From Dimorphilus gyrociliatus (lineage: Eukaryota > Animalia > Annelida), in assembly GCA_904063045.1 (NCBI GenBank), contig CAJFCJ010000005.1, positions 2,474,165 to 2,538,164 on the forward strand: 64,000 nucleotides of DNA, read 5' to 3'. The first letter of the stretch is position 1. Each line of letters begins with the position of its first letter. The position numbers and the translations under genes are program-made. The notes beneath the pieces were generated by a model. It saw nothing but the letters and a program-made list of their open reading frames with translations. It did not search any database and had not been told where the DNA came from. Shown here one piece after another: positions 49,619-60,119 of this stretch.

Positions 49619-50587
49619 ATGGATATCAACTCATTAAGCTGTCTCTCTACAAATTACACAATCATTTAATTTACGGATTAAACCAAAACAGTGTGTCCTG
49701 TATAAAGTTTCGGCTAAAACTGGTAAAAAGTCGTTACTATCTTATCTTACAAATAATAATAAACAAAATATATATTACAGCAATAAAGTACTATTTTAAT
49801 CATTCTGAGTATTATAGGCCAACACTATTACGCAGGATACTTTCAAAGATCTAGGACTTTCCAGTGAAAAAAGAGAAAAAATAACAAATACAAATAAATA
49901 AGACTACATCCACAGTTTGTTTTGACAAATTATTTTCCTCTAAGTAAAAGAATTCTTCAATTGACAAAAAAAATAGAACACTTGAACAAATAAAGAACAT
50001 TCTACAAATCAAATAGCATCCTATATTTTTTTTTGGTATTACAGTGAAAAAAATATTCTTTTATTTATGTTATTTCTTTGTTTTTGTTTATGGTAAAGCA
50101 AATAATAATCTATTTAATATTTACATAAAAGTTTACTACTTAAATATACATATTCATTAGTTTTAGCTTCTATTATTGGAGGTTATTCAAGTTCATTATC
50201 AACTTTGTTTGTTAGGAGGTCGACGTTGATTATGAATTATTTCTTAATCGGAATGTTAATCTGTATTATCTTAAAATTGTTGGAATTTTACCATTTTTAT
50301 ATTTTATATCATGCTTATCTATATTTCTTGTTGAATGAGGAAATTCTTAATCATATTTTTTGTACCTAGATCAAAAGAATAGGATTTAAAAAAGAAGATA
50401 AAAAAGAGAACAGATAAACTACTTTCTTTAACATCGATGGAATACTGTTTATTTGAGTTCATATGGCTACTACTTTTTGCTTTTTTTAGTACTCAATTAG
50501 GCTGTATAAGACATGCTGAACATGTTTTAGTCATTAGATTAAAGCGCATGCAACTGGTTACAGATAATATCTAAAATTTCATTAGTT

Positions 50588-52412
50588 ATGTGTCGTTTAT
50601 TCAAGTTGTTATTTATCTTATTGAACTTATTTTCCTGTAAGAAGGCAATTTATATAATAATTATAAATGCGTATATATATATATATATATATAATTGATT
50701 TTTTTGCAGATGGACAATGCCTACACTGTCCTCAAACTCCTAAAGGTTGGATAGGATTCAAGACGGAGACGAAATGCTATAAAGTATCAAATTTAGAGGA
50801 GTCTGGTATTGAAAATGCTATGAAAAAATGTCAAGAAACATTCGATAATGGAGATTTAGCTGATTTGCAATTCGAAGATTATGCAACATTTTTCCCAAAA
50901 CTTTCTCAGATTACAAAGGAGAATTTAATATTAAAGACTACGTTTTTGCATAATTTGCCAGCTAGTCTTTTCTATATTAATTTTAAAAAGGAATTTGATC
51001 ATTATCCAATAATCTTTTGGATTAATAATCAACCCCTTTCAATACCAACTGAATATATTGACAACAGTATTAGAGGCACAGATCTTCATTTGATAGTGAA
51101 TGAGTATGTAAAAGATAGAAATTTTATATAGATATAAACATATGTACTCACGTTTTTTTTAGGGCTCATGGAATGTTTAAGATAAACAGAGAATTTGAAA
51201 ATGTTAAGAACGTTTTATGTCAAGTTCCGGCAATCCTTAAATGTCCAAAAGTTCCGGCTGATAGTTATTCTTTTAAAACAAACAGAAAATGCTATATTGT
51301 AAAGCGTTTAAACAATTCTGAAAGATCAGTAGAGGGAGCCAGACAAGCGTGTTCATCAACAGGAAAATTCAAATTGGCAAATCTAGAAACTGAAACTGAA
51401 TTACATTCAAAATTTATACCGTTTGTTGAATCGCTACCTTTAAAAGTTGAGAGAGAAATTACGAATATTCTACCAACTAGTACTGTTGGCTTCTATTTTG
51501 AATATATTAAAGAGGCGAGAGGAACTTATTACTATCCAAATGGAGAAGTAATACCATCAATTGAAACTCAACAAGATGAAGGACGGTCAGAACTTGCATT
51601 GTTTTCCCATATAATGGAGTAAGTACTATGATATTCAGTATTATTATAAATAAAATAAATACGTTGTTTGTACTTTTTAGTAATACTTATGTATTTGGAT
51701 ACGGATATTATTCAGACGAAATTACAGCAGCTATCTGTGAATATAGAGAACCTCACTTAATTATCGATCGTTATATGCGTCATTTTGTTGAGAATGAGGA
51801 TAAATATATCTGTTATGATCTATCAGGAAATGCAAATGATCGTTATATACTGTTTAAAGATTCTTTATCAAAAACAGTAATAATTGGACAACTACAAGAC
51901 GATTGTCATTTTGGTAAAATATTTATAATTACTCCAATGTCGAATCTGACTCTAAGCTCAAATGATAAATGGTCTATTGGCGATGTTATAAACACAAAGA
52001 TAATACATGTTGTTGTCCTTAATCAAAAAAAATTAAGATTTATTATTAAAACTCCATCGCCAACTGTATTTACTATTGAAATAAGAAAAAGTGACGAAAA
52101 GAAATATTTGGATATCACCGTTAATCAAATAAATAAGGAAACATCATCGGGAATTTTTGGTAATAATTCTTTTATCATTATATACAGAATTGTAAATTGA
52201 TCTTCAATAATTGTTCTTTAGGCGATATTCATAAAAAGAATTTTGTATTCTCCGGAGATGAAATTGACGATTCAACAAGTACTTTGAACGTTGAAGGAAA
52301 ATTGTTTGAGGCAAAAGTAATAGCAAAGGATGGCGAATCTCCATTTTGGCTTTTATCTAAAGAAGCGGCATTCTATCCTAATCATTTAACGGATTATATT
52401 CTTTCAAATTAA
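50588..52412 (+). CDS. Secreted CTL-CTL-ITIH_C/VWD-like protein, paralogue A (DPH replaced by DRY)
   Basis: Signal exon MCRLFKLLFILLNLFS splices to YGQCLHCP. Two CTL-like units (CP..P.GW...KT..KCY...A...C); ICYDLSG, IIGQL, SSGIFG, AFYP...DYIL. Confidence 0.8.
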
Positions 52413-52764
52413 AATTTTCAAAATAAAATTTCGAAATGTTACAAAAAATATAAATACCACTCATCCTGTTGTTAATTTAACTACTTACATTATAGACCAA
52501 TTATGAACAATGACTGGTAAACTTTAAGTAAAATTGATATTAATCAAGTATATAACTGTGATTAATATTTACAACAGTGGATGATAAGACTCAATAACAC
52601 AACACGATATAGAACAAGGTTACTGAGTAAAACACTTGCTTTGTGCATTTGAAGAGACAAACAATTCGATATTATATATCGATTATTTGACTGTCAAATT
52701 GTTCATATCTGCAAAAAAAAACACCTAAAAAAATAAGATAATTTATTAGTAATAACAATTAAAA

Positions 52765-54818
52765 ATGATACTTTTCAAAGTTTTTATCCTCTATCAGATT
52801 GTAGTTGTTTGGTGTTTAGATTGTCCAGATTTACCCGATGGATGGTATTCTGTAAAAACGGAAGCCAAGTGTTATGGTTTCCGTTTTCTTCGAATTGACG
52901 AAAGAAACTATACAATCGCTCAACGAATATGTTTAGATGAATTGATAGAAGGACATATAGCCGATCTTGAATTTGAGAATATCGACGAACTTGGTTATAC
53001 GTTAATTGATTCTTTAGATGAAAATTCGAATGTTCCTCGAGAAACTGTAATTAATGGCATTCCAGTTCATGGTTTCTTTATAGGTTATCAAACTTTATTA
53101 GAGGATGGAAATATTAACTATCTTTGGCTAAGTGGAAGACTTGTTAAGGATCAGGTCAAAATTCAAGGTCCAAAAGACAAAGGTCTTTTACAGTTTATTG
53201 TGAATGACACTCTGTATGAACTTTAGTTTCAGTAGCAGTATATACAATGCTCGTCAGAGGAAAGTGGACAGAAAATATGGGCTCATCTAGCTATAGAAAT
53301 GTAAGTCTCAGGGCAACATATATTTCAAATCCTTCAATTGAAGAGAGATCATACTTGCTGAACATCAAGAAGAGAATAACTCCTAGATTTCCTACTAAAC
53401 ACTACTTACTTAAAAATTAACATCAATTATTCTTGAAGTTCTATGACCACTGTGAACAACTTTCTTATCTATTTAAAGTCTTTGGTGCCATAAAGATCCT
53501 TCTTTATCATGCTAATGTACGATGATGCCTATTTGGACGTTATCCATTAACTTGTGACGAGCATTGCATACTTATATATAACACTTGTAATAAAATAGCT
53601 AAATTAACATTTACTTTTTTAGACGATCGGCGACCTTTTATAGCGGACAACCGGAAATAAATGTCGGAAGTGTTCTTTGTCAAGTTCCATCAACAATAAA
53701 ATGTCCGAATGTACCGAAAAATTGGCTAGGTTTCAAAACAAATCGAAAATGTTATATTTATCGTCCTCTGGAAGTTGAGGAGAGGTCATTTGAGAATTCA
53801 AAAGCTATTTGTGAGGGAATTGGAGGAATGAAAATGGCGAAATTATTTGGAGAGACGGAGCTTCTTTTAAGATTTGTTCCGAAAGTAAACGAAAATTCAA
53901 ATTTGTTTGATAAGACAGTACTCTACAATGGAATTTTATATCCCGGATTCTATTTTGACGATGAGCAGGCTATCAGTGAAGGAAATCATTTTGGCATTGT
54001 TGTTACAGAGTAAGTTGATCCAAATTGTATACTTAATCAATTATAATATGTTTAAAACTAATTGTCATTTAACATTACGATTAGAGATACGTTTGACTTA
54101 TATTTACCGGAAAAGACTACTAGAATGACGGGCGTCGTTTGCGATATAGAATCAAGTTCGGGTAAACAAGATCCCCATATGCGTCATTTTATTCAGAGAT
54201 ACGGAAAGTATATTTGCTACGACCTTATTGGTGAAGGTCATCAAAAATTCATTTTGTATAAAGATCTACCGACGAATATTATCATTGCTGGCCAATTGAG
54301 AGACGATTACTATTTTGGAAATATAATCGTACAGAGTTCTTTATTCAATTATACAATTAGAGCTGATCATCTGTGGAATATTCGAAGAGAAATTTATCAT
54401 GATAGACAATTAAGTATACAAATAGAAAATTTAGAAGAGATAATTATTATCATTAACGAAATACATCCAAGTGAATTTGTAATTAAAAAACATAGAAATA
54501 GTATTGGTTCAAATTACTTAAATGTTCAAGTTATACAAATGAACAATGTAGAGAGATCTGGTGGAATATTTGGTAATGTTTTCCTTTCAAAATGATATTT
54601 TTATATAAAAAGAAAAAGAAATTTATTTTTCAGGTGATCTTGCAAAGAAGAAAATTTCATTTTATGAAAATATTCAAGAGAATTTAAAAGGTGCCATTGA
54701 TATTGAAGGAAAGATATTTGATGCTACAATAACTGAAAGAGAAAATTCTATATGTTGGCTAATATCTGCTAAAGCCGCACTTTACCCTAAAGAAAAAAGA
54801 GATTATCTATTAGATTAA
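52765..54818 (+). CDS. Secreted CTL-CTL-DPH-ITIH_C-like protein, paralogue B
   Basis: Signal peptide, two CTL-like domains, DPH at 54170-54178, ICYDLIGE...IIAGQL...SGGIFG; TAA at 54816-54818. Confidence 0.8.
53245..53566. mobile_element. 322-bp Tc1/mariner-like MITE in intron 1 of paralogue B
   Basis: Imperfect 26-bp TIRs (CAATGCTCGTCAGAGGAAAGTGGACA vs CAATGCTCGTCACAAGTTAATGGATA; first 12 bp perfect). TA on the left flank, CA on the right. Absent from the short homologous intron of paralogue D. Confidence 0.7.
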
Positions 54819-55055
54819 ATGTTATTACTTTCAAGTGTTTTTATCTTATTCAAATATAGTCAATTTTTATCGACACTATATAATACAAATACAAAAATAT
54901 GAATATGAAATAATATTAACATTATTCAACTAATTCTTGTACATAATTCCTATTGTTTTATATTTTTAATGAGAACAATATGGTTGCGTAATACTAACGC
55001 ATTCTCCATTTAATAGTAATAACGGTTGGTTTAGTACGCGTTCATCGAGTTCGAG

Positions 55056-55129
55056 ATTGGCGGGTTTTCGTTGAACTCTATTGAAAGGTGTATTTTAAAA
55101 CGCTACATTAGGAAACCTGGTTATAAATA
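55056..55129 (+). promoter_or_regulatory. Putative Pol II promoter of the Gag-like gene (reverse CCAAT plus TATA)
   Basis: ATTGGCGGG at 55056-55064 and TATAAATA at 55122-55129, about 300 bp upstream of the ATG at 55426. Confidence 0.4.
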
Positions 55130-55425
55130 GTTAAGTATTTCAGAAAAAAGATGGCATTAGTGGTACCTTTGTCAAGTACTCTAAAAGTAAAACTACTCAA
55201 TTGTCTACCAGTCCTGTCTTATTATATATAATATAAGAATTCTTCTTACTTTTATTGAACTTATTAATTATTTCGAATTTCTAATTAACGAGATAGTTAA
55301 AAGTAAAATAAAAGGAATAGAATTGGATATTTATCTTTTAATTATATTCGTGGATTGTAAAAGACTGTTAAAACGTTATTGAAGAGATTGGAATATTACT
55401 GAGGCGCCCTTGATGTTCCATCAAA

Positions 55426-56340
55426 ATGTCTGATAATAACGGATATCTCATTCCAGGAAAAAATATTCCATTAGAATATACAGGAGGCGAAAATTTTTAC
55501 AATAATGAAAAGCATGAAGAAGTAGCAAAGATCTTTGATACGGTCATCTATTCTTTGGGATCGGTGGAAAGTTCTCTAGAGAAACAGGTTCGAGATAGTT
55601 GCCTTGAACTTAAAAAATTAAGAAATTCGATTGATGAGCTAAGAAACATCATCTTAGGTCAGAAGAATTGTGAAAGTAGAAGTTTTCTCAAACGTGATAT
55701 TAAATTTTCGAATGATAAGAGTGAAAGTTCAACAACCTTCAACTGCCGTTGTAAGGATCGACCGATCAGTCTTCCGAAGTGGAATCCAAAGTTTAAATAC
55801 GACGGAAATCCAAGGACCTATCACGACTTTATTGAAACTCATAAAATGATAGTAAACGCTGGAAATTACTATGATTGGCAAAAATTAGACATGCTGCTTG
55901 ACTCTTGCAAAGGAGAGGCTCTGGATCTTATTTCAAGGTGTTATATGTCTGGTCCAAAAGGCTATGAGGCCGCTCTGGAGATCCTAGAGCGAATGGGTGG
56001 CAGTAAAGTATCGAAACAGGTATCCTTATACATCGAACTCGCTGAGATGCCACCAGTCGATAAAAGAGACTTGAGAACCCTTACGAATCTTCGAAATTTG
56101 GCTAATCATGCTTTCACTATGCACAAAATTTACGGTGATCCTCCTGTAGATTCTCTCGTTAGATTTAAAGGTCTCCTTATCGAGAAAAAGTTGAACGAAC
56201 AACTCAGAGAAGACTGGAAAAATTTTGGAATAGAAGACAATGCTCCTGAAAAAACAAAGTTCGAACGCCTTGTCGAATTCTTATTTATAACTGTAGAGAA
56301 GTCGAAAAAGGAGTATGAGAGAAAACTAAATGAGAACTAA
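55426..56340 (+). CDS. Stand-alone BEL/Pao-type (DUF1759-like) Gag capsid protein, 304 aa, intronless
   Basis: N-terminal coiled coil, then ISLPKWNPKFKYDGNPRTYHDF...QKLDMLLDSCKGEALDLI...YEAALEILERMG (DUF1759 pattern) and KKLNEQLREDW...FERLVEFL. No CCHC knuckle, pol or flanking LTR visible. AATAAA at 56391-56396. Confidence 0.8.
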   Translation: MSDNNGYLIPGKNIPLEYTGGENFYNNEKHEEVAKIFDTVIYSLGSVESSLEKQVRDSCLELKKLRNSIDELRNIILGQKNCESRSFLKRDIKFSNDKSESSTTFNCRCKDRPISLPKWNPKFKYDGNPRTYHDFIETHKMIVNAGNYYDWQKLDMLLDSCKGEALDLISRCYMSGPKGYEAALEILERMGGSKVSKQVSLYIELAEMPPVDKRDLRTLTNLRNLANHAFTMHKIYGDPPVDSLVRFKGLLIEKKLNEQLREDWKNFGIEDNAPEKTKFERLVEFLFITVEKSKKEYERKLNEN

Positions 56341-56900
56341 CATTCCTTCTTTCTTGTACGAAAGACAAAAAGGAAAAACAGATTTATCTCAATAAATGTA
56401 TTTGAAAAACAAACTTATTAAGTGTCTATATATAAAACGAAAGAAACTTGATAAGTGTGCTACAGCTTTAGAAAACTGGTGAAATGTAAGATTTACTTTG
56501 TATAATATGACACAACTGTCAAGTAGTACTACACGTACCTTTTACATAATTAGAATATAAATATTATAATATTATAACTTAAGTTACATTAAAAGCTATT
56601 TTAGGTATTGATTATCAGAATGTAATTATTGACAATATACTAAAATATGCTGGAATTTTTTATTAACGGCTGTAAGAGTGTGTCTGTTCTTGTTTTTCAG
56701 ACTGATTGACAAGACTCAACTGTATAGAAATGGCAAAAAAGAACAATGTAAATGAACAGTATGTTTCTCAGAACAGTTTGATGATTTGAAAAGACGAAAA
56801 TTACGGCATCTAATGTCGATTGTTCGCCTTATGTTTTATTCAAAAAGACTAAAAAAAACACCTAAAAAATAAGATAATTTATTAGTAATAACAATTAAAA

Positions 56901-58612
56901 ATGATACTTTTCAAAGTTTTTATCCTCTATCAGATTGTAGTTGTTTGGTGTTTAGATTGTCCAGATTTACCCGATGGATGGTATTCTGTAAAAACGGAAG
57001 CCAAGTGTTATGGTTTCCGTTTTCTTCGAATTGACGAAAGAAACTATACAATCGCTCAACGAATATGTTTAGATGAATTGATAGAAGGACATATAGCCGA
57101 TCTTGAATTTGAGAATATCGACGAACTTGGTTATACGTTAATTGATTCTTTAGATGAAAATTCGAATGTTCCTCGAGAAACTGTAATTAATGGCATTCCA
57201 GTTCATGGTTTCTTTATAGGTTATCAAACTTTATTAGAGGATGGAAATATCAACTATCTTTGGCTAAGTGGAAGATCGTTAACGGATCCGAATGATATTG
57301 AAGGACCTTTAAAGAACAGCTACTTTCAGTTTATTGTGAATGATAATCCGTATGAATTTTAGTTCTATATACATAAGTATATGATATATTGCTTGACATT
57401 AAGTCGCTTTATTTATTTTATAGGCGATTGGCGACCTTTTACAGAGGAGAACCGGAAAGAAATGTCGGAAATGTTCTTTGTCAAGTTCCATCAACAATAA
57501 AATGTCCGAATGTACCGAAAAATTGGCTAGGTTTCAAAACAAATCGAAAATGTTATATTTATCGTCCTCTGGAAGTTGAGGAGAGGTCATTTGAGAATTC
57601 AAAAGCTATTTGTGAGGGAATTGGAGGAATGAAAATGGCGAAATTATTTGGAGAGACGGAGCTTCTTTTAAGATTTGTTCCGAAAGTAAACGAAAATTCA
57701 AATTTGTTTGATAAGACAGTACTCTACAATGGAATTTTATATCCCGGATTCTATTTTGACGATGAGCAGGCTATCAGTGGAGGAAATCATTTTGGAATCG
57801 TTGTGACAAAGTAAGCTATTGTCTAGTTTAACAGCTTTGTATGATCTTATTTATTACACGAAAACATTTACAGGAGTTCTTTCGATTTGTATCTTGCAAC
57901 CAAAATTTCTAAAATGACAGGTATTGTATGTGATATAGAATCGAGTTCGCTTAAACAAGATCCCCATATTCGTCACTATATACGAGAAGATGGAAAATAT
58001 ATTTGTTACGATTTTTCTGGTGAAACCAGACAAAAATTCGTATTGTTTAAGGATTTAATATCGAACATTATCATTGCTGGTCAATTGCGGGACGACGATT
58101 ATTTGGGAAATATAATTGTACAGAGTACATTTTTTAATTATACAATTATGGCTGATCGTCCATGGAGTTTTAAAGGGAATATATACTTGGACGATCGTTT
58201 ATCCATTAAAATTTTAAACATTAATACTGTTATCGTTACTATTAAAAGAAAAGCTCAAAGCGTATTCGTAATTACAAAGCATAGAAATATTGCTAACTCT
58301 CAATATTTAAATGTTCAAGCTAGTGAACTTGATAGTGATAAAGTTACAGGAATAATGGGTTAGGTTAAAGATTATACAAATTTTTAAACAGATATTTGAA
58401 ATTTTATAGTAAAATGTCTCTTCTTAGGTGATATGCTAAAGAAAAAGATGATTTTTTTCGAAGGAATTCAAGTGTATTCAAAAGGGGCTATTAACATCGA
58501 AGGAAAAACATTCGACGCTCGATTAATTGAACGAGAGAAATCTTCGTGTTGGCTTCTTAAGGCTGAAGCCGCATTTTATCCAAAAAGGTTAACTGACTAT
58601 TTATTAAATTAG
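56901..58612 (+). CDS. Secreted CTL-CTL-DPH-ITIH_C-like protein, paralogue D
   Basis: Same exon layout as B; DPH at 57959-57967; TAG at 58610-58612. Confidence 0.8.
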
Positions 58613-59280
58613 AAAAGGTAAGTCATATTTTTTTGGAAGTTTTCTTTTTTTTTTTTTTTGTAAAAATGGATGATTTTATTACACAAGTGTTGATCTCTAT
58701 TTGTTTTATCGCAAAGTAACAGATTTCTGTTAAAACTTTTTTTATCTACCACAAACAATATAATGCTTATCTTTAAAACAAGAAATTTTTTTTCACTATT
58801 TATAGGCACGTTAAAAACGTTCTATTGACCCAATATCGACTCAAGTAGTCAAGCCTTTACATACGTCATTATATATTATTACTCATAATAGGAAAACCTT
58901 AGTAAACCTCTGTCTATCCTTTCTATAGCAATGTTATAATATTGTATAAGTAAAGATATTTTAGAATGTTTCTTATCTTTCACAGATGAAATTACAACCA
59001 TTCAATGATAAAAACCATAAAAGGTTTTAGAATTGTAATTGCAAAATCTTCGTAATTGTGTTATTCATTATCCCCTAGTTTTAGGAGTCAAAAGATTTAA
59101 AAATAGTTCCTGCGTATATCATTATATTGTACTATTCTATATATAAATATATATAATTGTATTTGTGGAGTTTATTGATCATAAGATTTTCTATATAAGA
59201 TCATTGCAAGTTTAGTTAGGAATCATTATTGAAACGGAAAAGCTGAGCATTTCGCTTAAAACTAATTAAAATAGTTTGGA

Positions 59281-59850
59281 ATGGAACTTTCGATGTATGT
59301 TATTGATCCTGGATATTTAGAATGTTCAATTTGTTTGGAATTATGGTTGGAAAATGATCCAAGAACTTTATCTTGCCAGCATACTTACTGTTATGCATGT
59401 CTAAAGCAAATCTTCAGAAATGGTATTATAAAATGTCCCAATTGTAGAATTCTGGTAAAAATAAGATCAGTAAGAGATTTACCAAAGAATCTTGCTTCTT
59501 CATCAATAAGCAGTCAACAAACGAAAAAAATACATGAAATAGAAACTATTCGAACTTTGCTTCTACAGAATCTGCGTCGTCTAAAAGTAAAGAACGATAA
59601 AATGAAATCGTTATTAGAATGCGAAGTAGAAACTTTAAAGAATTTTTGTCCTTCAATCCATAAAAGTAAAACTACAAATAAATATAAAAATGCAGCTGTT
59701 CAGACTGTTGAGAAAGATGCTTCAAAACGTCCCAGAAAGAAGGAAAGTATGCTAAACAAGTTCAAACTATTCAAAAAGACTAAAACTTATCGTTTGAATG
59801 ATAATTCAAAATTATTTAGTAAAAGTTTTCTTTCAATGTATAATTTTTAG
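59281..59850 (+). CDS. Short TRIM-like RING - coiled coil protein (no B-box), basic tail
   Basis: LECSICLELWLENDPRTLSCQHTYCYAC...IKCPNC; clear paralogue of 48755-49618. Confidence 0.75.
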   Translation: MELSMYVIDPGYLECSICLELWLENDPRTLSCQHTYCYACLKQIFRNGIIKCPNCRILVKIRSVRDLPKNLASSSISSQQTKKIHEIETIRTLLLQNLRRLKVKNDKMKSLLECEVETLKNFCPSIHKSKTTNKYKNAAVQTVEKDASKRPRKKESMLNKFKLFKKTKTYRLNDNSKLFSKSFLSMYNF

Positions 59851-60119
59851 ATGTATAGATCTATCCTTAATATTTCTCTATTTAAAAATGTGTTGTCTTA
59901 AATTGAGAGCATTTATATTATTCTGGTCAAATAAATTATATACAGAGTCTTTTAAAGTTATAGTTTCTTATATGTTTTACTTGATTTTAAAATAATAGAA
60001 CTCTAGTTAAAAATTTTTGAGTCAGTTGTTAATAGTTAATATTAACCTAAATATCAAACTAACGACTTGTTCAGCCTCGTTAACATCTAGATAAAGTTCT
60101 TTGATAAAAACTGTAAAGT

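Noticed and set aside
49800-50540. Hydrophobic fragments faintly resembling an MFS transporter (FVRRSTLIMNYFLIG)
   Set aside because: Multiple stops and only a vague motif, too weak to call.
54900-56850. Search for LTRs, PBS or PPT around the Gag ORF
   Set aside because: No direct repeat between the flanks was visible by eye; short degenerate LTRs cannot be excluded without alignment.
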